NCBI GenBank assembly: GCA_965112155.1
Contig: OZ218106.1
Reading direction: 5' to 3' (one strand)
DNA from: Podarcis liolepis
Lineage: Eukaryota
DNA length: 64,000 bases
The position numbers and the translations under genes were made by a program. This document shows, in pieces, positions 38,375-52,744 of this stretch; the first letter of the stretch is position 1, and every line of letters starts with the position of its first letter. The notes under the pieces were generated by a model. It was not told the DNA's origin, did not search any database, and saw only the letters and a list, made by a program, of their open reading frames with translations.

Positions 38375-40524
38375 TACAAGATTCCAGGGAAAGAGTCTAC
38401 AATGATGTTTGTCTTGTTCAGAGGAATTGCGTTTGTTGATTGACATAAACCCGCTTTGCATGTTAAGCTTCTCTGCATGTCTCTTGAAGCACACATCTGC
38501 AATATGTGTCCAAGTGTATGTGCATAGGATGAACTCCACATAATCAGGAGCCCTGATCAGATGAGTCCTTTCTTACATGTGTAAGGTTGTAGTTATGGGC
38601 ACATGTAGCAGATATTTCAACATGATAATGGGTGTGGACAGAGTCTGCCACTTCCCTGTTTTCATTGTACGTGCAGAGAAGAGCCCTAATGCATGAAGAG
38701 GGCTGTTCTTATGGAGGAACGAGAGATTCAAATTACAGTTCTGGTCAAAGCAGTCGTTTGGAAACAAACTACTGTTTTGGAAACAAACTAAATTTAAAAT
38801 TTGTTTCTAAATGCATGGGTATGTTGTAGCTGGCATAAACTTAAAGGCATTCTTCATCACTGTGTAAGCAAAAACAGGAGATGCCTGTTTAAAAATGGTG
38901 GCTTTTTACAAAGAGTAATTTTTGTAAGTACTTTTATAATCCTATTTTTATCATGCCTGTCATCTTTCACTTTACTAGCTTTTCTTTGTGTACCATTGTG
39001 TCCAAAGCATGAGCTCACAGTTCTTTCTAAACAGATAAAATGAGCACCTCTGGCTTGGAAGAACCTGTTCATTATAGAGACCTGCCAACATTCTACAAAG
39101 AGGTGTGCTCAATCACAAATTAACTGGAGTTTTGCAGGTTCACTGTGCCATGGTATTGTTCATAAAATTTCCTTTGCTGAAAAACTTTTTGCAGAATTAA
39201 TCAGCCCCACTTTACTAGAGCCCTTAGCCTTTTTACCTAAATTTATGTACAGTATTTATTCTATCTGAAATATTTACTTGCTACCTTTCTGCCTCCAAGG
39301 TGGCTGCCAATAAATGAAAATTAACAAAAGGCAGCAAACAATGGCCATTGCATATGAATTGTAGCCCTATTCAGGCATCTGGTTCTTATTCACATGTTGG
39401 AAATCCTATACACCTAAAAGACTGACCGCTTCAGACTGAACTGATCACACATTGGCCTGGGAACATGGCTGGCATGCGCATAAGTATCAAGGCTAGGGCT
39501 AGCCCCATACATTCTCATTAGCCAGTGCAGCTAGTGTAAACTAATTTGTTATTTATTGTGACTTGCTCTGGGAAAGTACCTAACTTCAAGGCTGTTTCTG
39601 AAACACCATCTCCATTTCAAACCATATGAGAATTGAAGATGCTTCTTGCAGCTATGCAAAAGATATGGTGAACACATTTCTTCTCCCCATCTTGATTTGA
39701 AGCCAAAGCCTTGGGGAGCCAATACACTTTTTTAAAAATCTGAATAAATTCTGGCTTGGGAAATTTGTCCTTTATTGTCATTGTGAGAATCTTCTAGGCT
39801 TTTTTGGGGGCTCCCCAGATTTGAGCTGCTGGAGCTAGTCTATGAAGCAAGGCTATCTTGGTCCACATAGAAGGACACTACTTGTCAGTTTGCATGTGAG
39901 ATGGCACAGCAGGTGGCTTGATAGTTGATATATGGAGGCATGTGGCATCAGCACATTTTTCCTAAAGTGTTTGAAGGGATGCCCCCTTACCATGCTGCAG
40001 GAAAAGGAAGTATAGACGCTTGCAAATAATAATGAGAGTTGATCTTTGATCAAAATATAGCTGTGGTGGCTCAGTATCACTCCAGGTTTCGCTTTGTTTG
40101 GATCTTTGTGCCAGGAACAAGAGTTCCCAAAATATACTGATGGAAAAGAGAACATGCAACATCTCAGAGAGAACCTGGAGCCGAAGGGCTTCAAATTATT
40201 GTCAACCCAATGATGTGATGCAATATCCAGTTTTTAAGAAGCTTCTCAAGAGCTTGCAGTGCTGAAAAACATTAATTTAAAAACTTAGGAAATTGGTGGT
40301 TCAGAACATAAAACTAGTTCAGGAGCACCTCCTTCATGTCACAACTGATGTGGGATGTTTATGTAAACATTAAGGGTGTTTGTTACACCTTTTGTTATAA
40401 CTTTAGCTCTGAAAAGATCTTGCCATGCTGATCAAAAGGCTGGAGAGCTTACCCTCAAGCTCTTCTGCTCCTAATGGGTTATATTCAGTGAAAATGTAAA
40501 GGTTCCTGAGACTTGCTTTTTGTA

Positions 40525-40870
40525 AAAGGTAAAGCGACCCCTGACCATTAGGTCCAGTCGCAGACGACTCTGGGGTTGCAGCACTCATCTCGCTTTATTG
40601 GCCGAGGGAGCCGGCGTATAGTTTCCGGGTCATGTGGCCAGCATGACTAAGCCGCTTCTGGCAAACCAGAGCAGCACATGGAAACGGCATTTACCTTCCT
40701 GCCGGAGCGGTACCTATTTATCTACTTGCACTTTGATGTGCTTTCAAACTGCTAGGTTGGCAGGAGCAGGGGCCGAGCGACGGGAACTCACCCTGTCACG
40801 GGGATTCGAATCGCCAACCTTCCGATCGGCAAGCCCTAGGCTCTGTGGTTTAGACCGCAGTGCCCATCCA
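40525..40870 (-). mobile_element. Sauria SINE in FAM241A intron
   Basis: Homologous to the other copies; TSD CTTTTTGTA at 40516-40524 and 40871-40879. Confidence 0.92.
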
Positions 40871-42074
40871 CTTTTTGTACTCTGCAACTAAATATTGGAA
40901 AGTAGCTTCTTTACAAATTCTAAATTTACTAAATATTGGTAAGTTGCTTCTTTACAAAAAGAAGTTGTCTACTGTTGGCTAACTTTTGCAATACTTGCAA
41001 CCAAGGCCTCATCTGTGGAATCAACCGTGAGATTTTCTGCTGTTCAGGAACAAGCTGTTGACAGTTAACATGCTTTCCTTTTTGTTCTCTCTTCCTGTCT
41101 TAGTGGGATGGTGGGACCCGCATTGTGTTCTAAAAGGGGAAACAAAACTTCTCTGTGTTTGCAGTTTTCTAGCAACTGAGAATAAGGTTATATTTTCAGG
41201 AGTGCTATATACCTAATGAAATACTCCTAATCATCTTCAGAGTCGCAAGTGTTAGGGACAGACTTGTAGTGATATAAATTCAAATTGTGATAACATTTCA
41301 AGAACAGCAGTTGTCCATGAAAGTAGAGATTGAGAATCAGCACCAACCTTGTGAGAATGCAACTGAAATTTCACAGATGCTTTCCAGTAATAATTGTTAA
41401 TTTAGGCATAACAAAAAATACAGCATCTGTAAGTCTATTTGGGATTAGCATAAATTTAATAGACAAAATTGTGGCCCACAGGCGAGTTTTAAGTTAAGAG
41501 GCCATTTTTGTAAGATCTGCTTGTTCTTTGGATACTTTTACTATAGAGCTCTCTATCCCCTGGTCATGAAACCAAGTCTTTCACATACTTTTATATATCA
41601 CTTGTAGGCTTTAGTGATATAGTTAGGTTCCTGTTTTGTGGGCTTCCCATAGGCACGTAGTTGGACTCTGTGAGAAGATGTTGGACGAAATGGATCTCTG
41701 GCCGGATCCAGCAGGGCTCTTCTTGTATTCTTAAATAGTTATACAGTATGTTGACTTCAGTGTGTAAGGGAAGTGTGGAACTTCAGAACATTGTTCATGA
41801 GAGCCTACTGAGAATTTGCTGAGCTTTTGTGAAGAGGGCGGCCTTTCCTCCTCACAACATCTGGTGACCACTTGGATTTCAGCATCTGACTCAGCTTCCT
41901 ACTCAGCTGAAGATTTTCCCCACACTCAGCAGAAACTAGGATAACACCTGCAATTCCACTGGCTGCTTTGCAAGGGCAAGGCAACCGTAGCTTCTTTTAC
42001 ATCTGTGTTCTGAGCTACTTTAGGGCAAAAAAAAAAAAAAGCGGGAAGAGAATAAAGGGTGGTTAAAAATAATG

Positions 42075-42257
42075 AGGACATAAGAAGCTGCCTTAGTATA
42101 AAACCATTAATCCATCTAGCTCAGTATTGTCTACACACTGGCTGATAGTGGCTCTGCAGGGTTTCAGACAAGGAAAATTCTCAGTCCTTCCTGGAGATTG
42201 AATCTGGGATCTTGGGTGTGCCAAGCAAGTGGTCTACCTCTGAGCTACAGCCCTTCC
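42075..42257 (-). mobile_element. tRNA(Ala)-like SINE, same family as 4045-4255
   Basis: Reverse-complement similarity along the head, body and tail. Confidence 0.7.
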
Positions 42258-43139
42258 TCCAAATGAAGGCTTAATATCCAAATCTCTGAATTGAATTTTG
42301 TTAATGTGTGAAGAAGCCTGCCATAAGAGTTTCATAAGCTTACTCTTCAAACGCTTTAAAAGCTGACAAAGAGAGCGCCATTTATATAAAGTGGGTTCCA
42401 CAAAGTGCCTTGTACTACTGGAATGCACATTTCTGCTGATTCTCCTTCAGCTGCAGCCCTCCACACCACATCCGTGACCCTAAGGAGTGGTTTGGGAGGG
42501 GAGGGTATAAAGGAATACAGCCAGAAGAAGGAGAATACAGGAAAGCTCCATTGCGTGAATGGAACTCTGTAATTCTTTGGATCTGTGCCATAGTTATTCA
42601 GCTCTTTCCAAGCATATTAACTATATATATTCAAGTAAGGATTTTTAGATTATATTCCTAGCCGTTCCTCTCTTTTTCCTTTCCTTTAAAAAAACAACAA
42701 CTAGAAATCTTGTTATCTTCCTTAGCGGAAGTGTATGCTTATAAGCTTATTATTATAGTATTCTCAATGAGGAATGAATAATATGAATTATAGTTTATGG
42801 TTGATATTTATAGTAAATACTGCAAGCCCAGAGTTTTGCACATTTTGGCTGATGAGGGAAGCAGAAAAGGATACCATTTTCATACCTGTTGTACGCTTAA
42901 TAAATGTTTTGTATTGTTTATATTGCATTTTTATTGTGCACTTTCATAGGTTTAGCAAACTGTAAAGCAAAATAAATGAAACTTGCTTGTGTTCCAAAGT
43001 ATTTATTATGTGATTTTTTTAAATTACAAGTTCACAGACTGGGTGTTTGTACTTCCCATACTATTTCAGCATTAGGTCATTCATTTAGATCTTTAAAAAT
43101 TGTGGATATCGGCAATAAATGTACTTAGTAGTACCCCTA

Positions 43140-43498
43140 AAGGTAAAGGTACCCCTGACCGTTAGGTCCAGTTGCGAACGACTCGGGGGTTGCGGCGCTC
43201 ATCTCGCTCTATAGGCCAAGAAGCTGGCATTTGTCCGCAGACGGCTTCTGGGTCATGTGGCCAGCATGACTAAGCCGCTTCTGGTGAACCAGAGCAGCGC
43301 ACGGAAAAGCCATTTACCTTCCCGCCAGAGTGATACCTATTTATCTACTTGCACTTTGATGTGCTTTCGAACTGCTAGGTTGGCAGGAGCAGGGACCGAA
43401 CAACGGGAGCTCACCCCATCATGGGGATTCGAACTGCCGACCTTCTGATCGACAAGCCCTAGGCTCTGTGGTTTAGACCACAGCGCCACCCACATCCC
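43140..43498 (-). mobile_element. Sauria SINE, full length, in FAM241A intron
   Basis: Complete head and ACCTTT tail; perfect 13-bp TSD AGTAGTACCCCTA at 43127-43139 and 43499-43511. Confidence 0.93.
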
Positions 43499-45009
43499 AG
43501 TAGTACCCCTACTAAGCATTTATCTCCTGATTGTACAGCTGCTAGGTTGCTACTTAATCCATGATGATGTTTTGGTTTCTTACACACTAATGACACAGCA
43601 TGAATATAGTGCTAGGGTTTTTTTTGGGGGGGGGGATAAGTCCAAATCTATTGGTCAGTGTTTGTACAGTTGACATTGGCATGGAAGAATGGTTGGTATA
43701 AGCAGTATTATTCAGGACAGTCCTGTCCCAACTCATGGCCATTCCGAATGTGGCAATTTGTTCTTGACATGGACTGTAGCACAGACGCGGGATGGATGTT
43801 GAGTACAAATAGTACAGATTGCATAGGTTTCATGAGTGCTAAATTGTGTTAGACCTGTTCAAGCCACATTGCTTTCTCTCTAATGTCAATTAATGTGAGC
43901 TGATGCAGCTTACAAGAGTATATGTTCCTGTTTCCTACAAAGTGTTTGGCACCATGGTTTTATTTTAGGAAACCACTTCACAAAGTTCTGGCTGGATTGG
44001 TATTTGCTCAGCTAGTATTTAAGTGTTCAGTTGCCATAACCAAATTCTTGAGCCCACCTTGGGGAAGCGGGGGGGAGCTATGACTGACATCATATGGTAA
44101 TAAAAAAAAAATCATATAACAGCTGAATAGGTTTTTGCATAGTGGTTGCTTTGCTTTTCATTGTTCATTTATTCCTTATCTCAGTTCAGCACGACCAGCT
44201 TAATCCTGTGCCTGCTCATGTTTTTCCTTCCCAAAAGAAATAAAATAAGCCATTTACTACCAGTTAAATGTCATTCCTGACTGTTCAAGCTTTGCTATCT
44301 TATTTTATTTTTACCTGAACATAAATATAAATCCATTGCTGTAACATTGTTCCTGGTATGTTACATTTTAAAATTTAAGAAACCAGTAAAACCTTTTGCT
44401 AACCCTCCTTCACATTGCAAAATTAAAATTTATGTTTTATTTTTCCCCCCAGAAAAATATACATTCTATATTTTGTGAAACACTACCAAATTTTTAGTGG
44501 AAACAGTAGTGGAAGAAAGTAGTGAGTTATCCCCTCTGAAAATGTTTATGATGTGGTATAGAAAGATCCTGTGCGAACACTTTTGGCTTCTATTCTACAG
44601 CAGTTGCGCTATCGCACATGTGATTGCATACATTCTAAAACCCTCTTGTGTACAATTATAATTTATTGCATTTCCTCTCATTGGCATATATTATTTCCTT
44701 CCTTGCTCCTCATTTAGCCTCACAACAACCCTGTGTTATTACGCTGTGAGATCAGAAGTTAGGCTGCAAGCTTCTTGGTGAAGTGGGGTTTTGTACAGTA
44801 CTTGTGTCTTTGACATCTAGTATACTAACCAGAGGGCAGCAAACGGATGATATGGGATTATGACTCCCATCGTCCCTCACCATTTCCCATGCTGGCAGGG
44901 GCTAATGGAAGCTGGGAGTCCCAACAATGTCTGAAGAACATTGGCTCTGCCTAGTGCTACAACACCCTATTCTCACAGCAAGAATCACTGCTTAATCCTC
45001 TTCCCAGTT

Positions 45010-46424
45010 ACTGGAATCTGTCTGTCTCAGCAGACAACGGAAGTGCGTACCTTAAGGGGGGGAAGCCAGATGGTTGAAGAGCTACAGCACCCGCTGTGGC
45101 TGTAGAGATTGATATGAGAGAGAAATGTTTTCTTGCAGTTGGGGCAGATGAAGGGTTCAGGTTTTGCTGCTACACGTGCAGAATGGCATTTCTCTCTGTG
45201 CTCCTCTCAGTGGTCATTTCAGTGGTTGGTGCTGTGGATATACAACTTGAGTGTCTTGTCTCCAGGCACTGCAGTCATCTGCAAGGTATTCCCATATGGC
45301 AGGGTTAATGTTACCAGACTCCATGTCATGTTTGCAGACATCTTTGTAACACAGAGTTAGACTGCCAAAAGGCCTAGGGCCTGAAGCCAGCTCCCCATAA
45401 AACACATCCTTGGGGGGTCCTGGTATTTTAAATTATGTGTGCATGACCAAGCCAGCATAGACATCACAGAGACAGAAGTGTGAACATGCTGGGAATGTGG
45501 CCTTGAGAGAGAGCGCATGCTTGTTCAAGACTCTGTCATGCCAAGTGCACAACTCGCTTCCACAACTCGCTTCCATAAAGCAGCATACTCAACACAAATC
45601 CTGGTAGACCTTCAACTTGGTATTTGGTCATTCTCCCAAACGCTCTCGGAAAGGCAAGTCATTGCTGTAGTTGCCTTGCCAATGCACCTGTCCAGCTCAG
45701 CATTGATGGGAAGGTTGCTGGTTATGGTGGATCCTAGGTAAACAAAATCGTCTACTGCCCTAACCATGTGTTGCGTGGAGTGCTGAAGGCTTGGGCAAAA
45801 TGGTTGATGAGTCTCTGTAGAGCTTCCTTGGAGTGCACTCTTAAGACTGTGTCATCTGAAAACAACATATCTCAGATTAAGAACCCACTACACTTTCGTC
45901 TTGGTGTGAAGATGTGCCAGGTTGTACAGATGCCCACCCCTCTTTGAATGGAAGTACATACCGTCATCAGTCAAGCTGAAGGCATGGGGAGAGCAAAGAG
46001 AATTGGAGCAAGAACACAGCCCTATTTCACACCGTTCTTTATAGGAAAGTGTCCATGGATGAACAGTCATACTGGACAGTGCCATGTATGTTCTCGCGGA
46101 AGGCACAACCATATTGTGGGCATCCTATCTTAGGTGAGAATCCTATCTTGTTGAAGAGTCCTTTTCAGCTGACCAGGTCAAAAGCCTTCGTCGGGTCTAT
46201 GAAGGCAATGTACAGGGGGCTTCTCTGCTCTCAGCATTTCTCCTGCAGCTGGCAAGTGAGGAAATCATGTTGACCACTGATCTGAGCTCTAAAGCCACAT
46301 TGTGACTCAGGATAGATCCTTTCAGTGAGTGTAATTTGTTGAGAATTACACAGACAAAGGCTTTCCCAACAGTAGCTAGCAGGGAAATTCCACAATAGTT
46401 AGCATGGCAGTCACCTTCCCACAA
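45010..46424 (-). mobile_element. Degenerate RTE-clade LINE (RT and 3' end) in FAM241A intron
   Basis: Frameshifted RT motifs (NYCGISLLATVGK; FYGELASGPRP..YKDVCKHDM..W). A related tail fragment lies at ~33800-33895. Confidence 0.85.
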
Positions 46425-47225
46425 TACATGTGGTTAAATTTCTTCACTATTTCTTGTATGTTATATTGATTATAACAGTCTCCTTTTTAAAAGAGAGAGA
46501 GATAATGAGAATATTTTAATAACTTTAATCAAAATGGATCTGGTTATAGAACAACTGTGATTCCAGACACATTCAGCAACATTTAGCTATATTTATACTT
46601 TTATTGTGGGGGTGGGAATAGAAGGGAATTTAAGCCATGCATAAGTCATTGTGTGTCCATGTGCATGCACCAAAGTCATGATGCATCTGCTTCCTCACCT
46701 AGAGATTCAACTTCCAGAGACCCAACATTTCTATAAAAGGCAAAAGCAGGAAAAGAGTGAATATTAAAGGGACAGTTTTGAAGTATATGCTTTGGGTGAT
46801 CTGCCAACTGAATCCCATACCTTGTTGCACATTTGGCATGCAACTGAAGTGCTGCATAGTGCAGATCTCGAGGGGGCAGTTACATTGTTCAAACCTTCCA
46901 CCTTTATTACTGCAGAAGTTGGGAGGGGGAAGAAATTACTAAACTCAAAGTTGGGTGCAAATTGCTGATTGGTTTGGGGGATGTGTGCATTTTTGTTTTG
47001 TTTTTGTCTGAAGAAACCACTTGAGTATAAAAAAGAGTAATACTTACAGCTTTTCCTTTCTAACTATCCATCTACTTTAAGGAGGTACACAGTAATTTTG
47101 CAAAATGTATTTAATATGTGTTAGTGAAAATATTGAACCACATAAAACTAGTTGATGTTTATGAAATGGGAGACTTCTGTGCACAACCATGGACACAAAC
47201 ATACTCTGCTAGATGATTCTGTATG

Positions 47226-47474
47226 TAAATTTATAAACATTCACTGGTGGCATAAACCAAAACTTATTGGTGATTAAACAAAATTTCTAAATAATATCTG
47301 AATAGACAAGTACAAAAGTCTATACTTACAGTCCATATGTTACATTCCTTCTTGCCTTAAGCTACAATATTTAATTTCTTTCTTCGGGAAATTCTCCCTC
47401 AAGATTTTGGTGTATTTACATACATTCACTCGTGATATAAACTGAAGAAGCCCGAGACTCTTCATGGGCGAAAC
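47226..47474. mobile_element. Short Penelope-like insertion with 15-bp TSD, ending in a hammerhead ribozyme core
   Basis: Exact direct repeat AGATGATTCTGTATG at 47211-47225 and 47475-47489. Insert ends CTGAAGA-A-GCCC..GGGC-GAAAC. Confidence 0.65.
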
Positions 47475-47488
47475 AGATGATTCTGTAT
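47442..47488 (+). ncRNA. Hammerhead ribozyme core motif (stem I incomplete)
   Basis: CUGAAGA 47442-47448; stem II GCCC/GGGC; GAAA 47470-47473; stem III ACAGA/UCUGU; GUA triplet 47485-47487. Confidence 0.5.
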
Positions 47489-49082
47489 GGCATGGGTCAC
47501 CAACATAGTGTTTGTGGGCTCACATGTGCCTACAGAGGCCTTCCTGGTGCCCATAGGGTCTCTTCCCCTGCTGAAATTGGGGCTTGAACAAAGCCTTATT
47601 TAGCTATTCAAAGGCTCGCTCCCCCCAACTCTAATTCTGTGTGGGCAATTGCAAAGGGGTTTCAGCTGGGAGGAAAGAATTGCGGCATGTGTGTGGTGCC
47701 CACAACAGTTCCTCTATTTCACAAATGTACCTATGAACCCAAAAAGGTTGGCAAACAATAGTGTACAGCATCAAAGGAGATCAGGGCTAAAATATGCCTC
47801 AGGGTGAATGATGTATGAATATTGCTCTTTATCTGGAAATAGCTTTCAGCATTTTATTATAATGAGTAAGGCAGCACTTTAACCCTTATGAATTCTACTA
47901 AACTAGAATTTTAATTTCTAATGGCACATACTTCCTGCACTTATTCATGTGTAATGTAATGTAAGTCTCATGGAGCTTAAGGGGGGTTACTCCATAGTAA
48001 GGGTACTTAGGATTACACTGCTTGTTATTGGGTTTTTTGGCCTGTTTTGCTACTCACTAGGGAAAAAATGCAAGCTGTATTATTCTTGCTGTTAGATATC
48101 TAATTAAAGCATCAGTGTAGGAAATGTTTTGGCTATAGAACTAGACTTAAAACAAACCTCTTCTCCAGAATTTTTTTTTATGATGGATATTTAATCACGA
48201 TAATTACAGTTTACAAGGCAAGCCTTGTGTTGCTAACAGTATTGACTTGTTGAGTAAAATATTTATGAGTAGCTTCTTGCTGAGCTTTGCTCGTCTTTAA
48301 TGGAAGCATTAGCAGTGCTGTGCATTGTGTACTTCATCATCTTAAAAGGTTGCTTTACATTACCCATCTCCATCAAAAGCCTGTCCACAGAAGCTTTGTG
48401 CAATATCTTTTTTATAAAGATGATAAGGAATTCAATACTTGGCTCTGCCGCTATTATTCAGTACTGTAGTACACTCCTATTATTAAGGGGGAGAGGTGAC
48501 AAGATGGAGCAGTGAATGAGGAAAAATGGTCTCTCCCCCATTCTCGCTTCTCATGGACCACGAGGCACAATTGAAGACACAGGAATCTGCCTTATACTGA
48601 GTCAAGATCAGTATTACCTACACTGGCTGGCAGCAGTTCTCTTCCTAGCCCCCCCCCCCCCCGAAATACCAAGGATTGAGTTTAGGACCTTCTTCATTCA
48701 AAGCAGATGGTCTACCCCTGAGCTCTGGTCCTTTGGGGTCGGAAAAGTAGTGTGATGGAAGAAATTACCAGTTTCTAAAATTAAAAAGGTGCAAGTAGCA
48801 GGGTGTTGGGGAAAAGGGAAACCTCCTGAGTATATTTACGCAAAGCCCTTTATGAAGATTTCAGGTAATGACAGGTTTGGGAAAGGGGCGTTTCTAGTAC
48901 AGCACCTTGTACATTGTAGGCATTAATAAAATACATTGCTTTTGGATGACAAAAGCCAATAATGCAAGCTATTGTTAGTTGTGGTAGGGGCCACTATAAA
49001 GCATTACAGTGCAGAAAGATGAAAAACACCAACATTTCTGCACAGGAGGGTGGGTGGGTGTTTTTTTTAATGGCAGCAGTAA

Positions 49083-49394
<312 letters not shown>

Positions 49395-50785
49395 AGCGCT
49401 ATAGATGGTGGTTGAACACTATGTAATCTCTTGGTGGATTTACATATTAAACCGAGCAAGAATAGTCTATTAATAGCTGGTGTGCTGAACATTATATTGC
49501 CACTAAAGTTATGCACTCTTTCTTTTTGAACTGTCCTTATCTTTGCAATTTAAAACAAAGCAAAAAATTATAAATGTGTTATGAACTGATGGGTTAAAGA
49601 AGACCTTAATACAGGACAATAGAAGCTAATTAATAGAAGATACTGAATCATTTTAGTTCCTGTGGGTTCCAGTCCTGGAAGGTCTTTTTGGTATGAAAAG
49701 AAACTTGCCCAAAAATTAGGTTAGCAGTGGTTTTATATTTGTTCTATGACAACTTTCCAACAGTCCTTTTTGTACTGCAAACTAAACTTTTTAAAATGCT
49801 GGTTTGTATGAGCTTTTATGCTTCATTATTTTGTATCATCCTGTAAATCTCTCTGCAAACTTCTTTAGCCTTGTGTGTATACATATTCAGTCTTAAGCAA
49901 GTATGCTTCTGTACGACTGGTGCCATTTAATGCTTTATATGTATATAAGAAAAATTAAGGGAGGAATTCAACGTCACACTCTTCTGATCGTTCTGTCAGT
50001 GCAAGCGTTTTCTGCTTGCCAGACAGAACAGTTCCCCCTCTCCTCTGCCTGCCTGTTTCTCCCAACCCTCCAGAGCGAATTTGAAGAAGGCGCAAGGTTT
50101 CCATGGGGCAGGGAGAGGGGAGCCCTTGCACTGGCTTCCACTAGCATGCCAGGATAGTTGAATCCAGCCCAACATATTTACTAGATAAGAGACTAATACT
50201 CTTGCAGTTTTTCGTCCATGTCACATTCTCATTGTGACAAAATATTCCTCTCTTTTTGTAATGGCTTTCTAACATCCTACATCCTGTATCTGAAACTTTT
50301 CTATGCACAAGCACAGTAGACTTTGATGCAAGACAAACAACACTAAAGATGGTGGCTACAATCTTTCATGTGTTCCTTTCTAGTGATAGGGGCATTGTTC
50401 CTTTTGGGGGGATTCCAAAAACAAATTCCCTAGGTTTGGATGTATAAAACCCATCCTGAATTAGGTCAGATTCCTTCAGAGTCTGAACCTGATTTGTAAT
50501 AACGCCAACTGTTCTTTTTGCCATTCTGTACCAAATGTACTCAGGAGTGTAAGAGCTCAGTACAAAGCCATCATTAGGCCCTAGTATATTGCTGAAAGTA
50601 TTGTGGTTCTTACGAGGTTGATTTGCAAAGTGAAAGATTCTTTGAATGAGAAACTAGAGAAATGTTAGAGAAAACCATATTGAATGACAGCCATATAAGC
50701 ATATTGCCTGCGCAATCTGTTGTAGCCAGTGACCCTTTTTTACAAAGAGTCCTTACCTTCACAGAGAGGCCTTTGATCAATGGAG

Positions 50786-51145
50786 GCAGAGCCGGCCTGC
50801 CCATGAGATGAGGTGAAGCACCCGCTTCAGGTGGCAGAAGTTCAAGAGATGGCGCTCGGCCCACCCCACCGCTTCCACCACTGAGAGGGAGGCCCATGGG
50901 CAAAGAAGCCAAACGGCAACACTTTGAGGAGTGCCTGGGCTCTCACAGAGTTCAGCAAGAGCCAGGGCATTCTTGGGCCACATTGCAAATCAGCTTAATT
51001 GGTAATGCTTTGATGAGCAGCACCCCAGCTCCCGCCAAGCTCAACAAGAGCCAGAGTGCAGTGGTGGCAGAAATGGGGAAGTGTAGGGGGACAGAAGGTG
51101 GCAATTCCTGTTTTGCCTCAGGTGGTGAAACAGGATGGGCTGCCC
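50786..51145. mobile_element. Degenerate GC-rich hAT-like MITE within the presumptive FAM241A 3' UTR
   Basis: cagagccggcc start, internal (g)cctcaggtgg repeats, GC-rich block in an AT-rich UTR. Confidence 0.45.
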
Positions 51146-52738
51146 CAAAGTGGAGACCTCTAGTGGAAGGGCAGGACATTTCGCTGATACCTCCTTTTCT
51201 GTGGAGCTCTAACACTGCCTTTAACGCTGTTCTGGATAGTCTCCCAACCTTCTCAAGCTATTTTTTGTGGGGTGCTAAGAGGAAGAAGGAATCATTGATA
51301 ACTTCATGCAACCTCATTGGTGGTTGCCTCCGCTGAATCAAAAGCTCTTTTGCAAACAAAAGTTTATTATTGGATACAATCAAACAGAATTATTTCTGCA
51401 GCTTTCGTTCTGTTCATACTCTATGGCCACATAAATATTTTTTTCTTGCAACATAGGTGTTACAACTATTCAGAAAAAGTTGGTTGATTTTGGATGCAAT
51501 TTATTATATGCTCAACATAGTAGCATATTTTTTCACTTTTAAATGAATTTCTGATCTCCATTTCATTTGCCAAATATGTTGTGTCCATAACATTAAAACA
51601 GCCGAACCAACCTTTTTCTCCTGTACACTTTGCTTCATGCAAACATTTAAAATGGAGAAGCATTTGACCTTGCTACCTTTTGTTGCTGTTGACTTGTAGC
51701 AACTATAAGTAATCTCTTGTGAGTACTATGGCTCTATGTACAGCTGAATCTCCTTCACTTGCAGTATATTTCCTATTCATTTCATGAGAGGAAGACAAAT
51801 CTGTACAAAGTGATTTCATCCATTGAAATGAATGAGGAAGGCCCATGCATACAGGGCCTCCATGTGAGCCAACACAGCCCAACTTGGGCTTGGGATCAAA
51901 GTTTGCATGATTGGGGCACATGTTTATAGCTACATATTATCAGAAGAAAAATATATAATTAGAATTTAAAAAATGAATTGGCAGAAATGTTTGATGTTTG
52001 AAAGATGAGGAATAGTCTCACAGGTTTTGTTTATAAAATGTATTACTCTTGTCTGTTGGCTACAAAGTTCAGTGCTATTCTGGTGCAAGCACTATTGAAA
52101 CAATAGGAAGTGTGTAGCAAGGAAGACAGTGTTAGGTTGCCATATAAATGTCCATTGTGAAGAACAGTAACCCAACTCTTTACTTTGTATATATGTATAT
52201 TTATTTATGTGAAGATATTTAAGGTAAATTACCACTTGGGCTATTGGTATTAAAATTGTTTGGGGAGCATAATATATAAATCCATGTGTGGGGATATTTC
52301 CACCTTAATTGATTTAATGACTCAGAGTTGTATGTGTGTGTGTATATGTGTATATATATGTTGTTTGAATTATCCAGCTGTACAAGAAACTTGGCAGGAT
52401 CCAAAGGACCATGCATGATGTTTCATTTACAGACACCTCTTCTTGCTCCAACTCTTTTGCGCCAAAATACCATATCCAAGGGTTGGTTAAACCCTTCAGA
52501 GCTGCACATAACACGATGCAGGTGAATGTACTCGGGCGTAGAAACTGAAGGTCTCCCATCCATGTGTGGAAAAGCTTTATGGTGAAGCACAGGGGCTTTG
52601 GGAACACAAGACTATTAATAGACTGTTGGACTCTCACTTGCACTGAAAAGCTGCCACACACAAACTGACAAGGTTAAATTATTTACTTAGATACGTTTCT
52701 ATAAAAGTGTACTTTGAGAACACTTCGTTACGTTTTCT

Positions 52739-52744
52739 AATAAA
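52739..52744 (+). terminator. Candidate FAM241A polyadenylation signal
   Basis: AATAAA in U-rich context ~3.3 kb after the stop codon. Alternatives at 52856 and 54292. Confidence 0.4.

Noticed and set aside
49940-52356. Three TGTATATA Pumilio-type elements in the presumptive 3' UTR
   Set aside because: All lie in TA/TG low-complexity tracts; not distinguishable from chance without conservation data.
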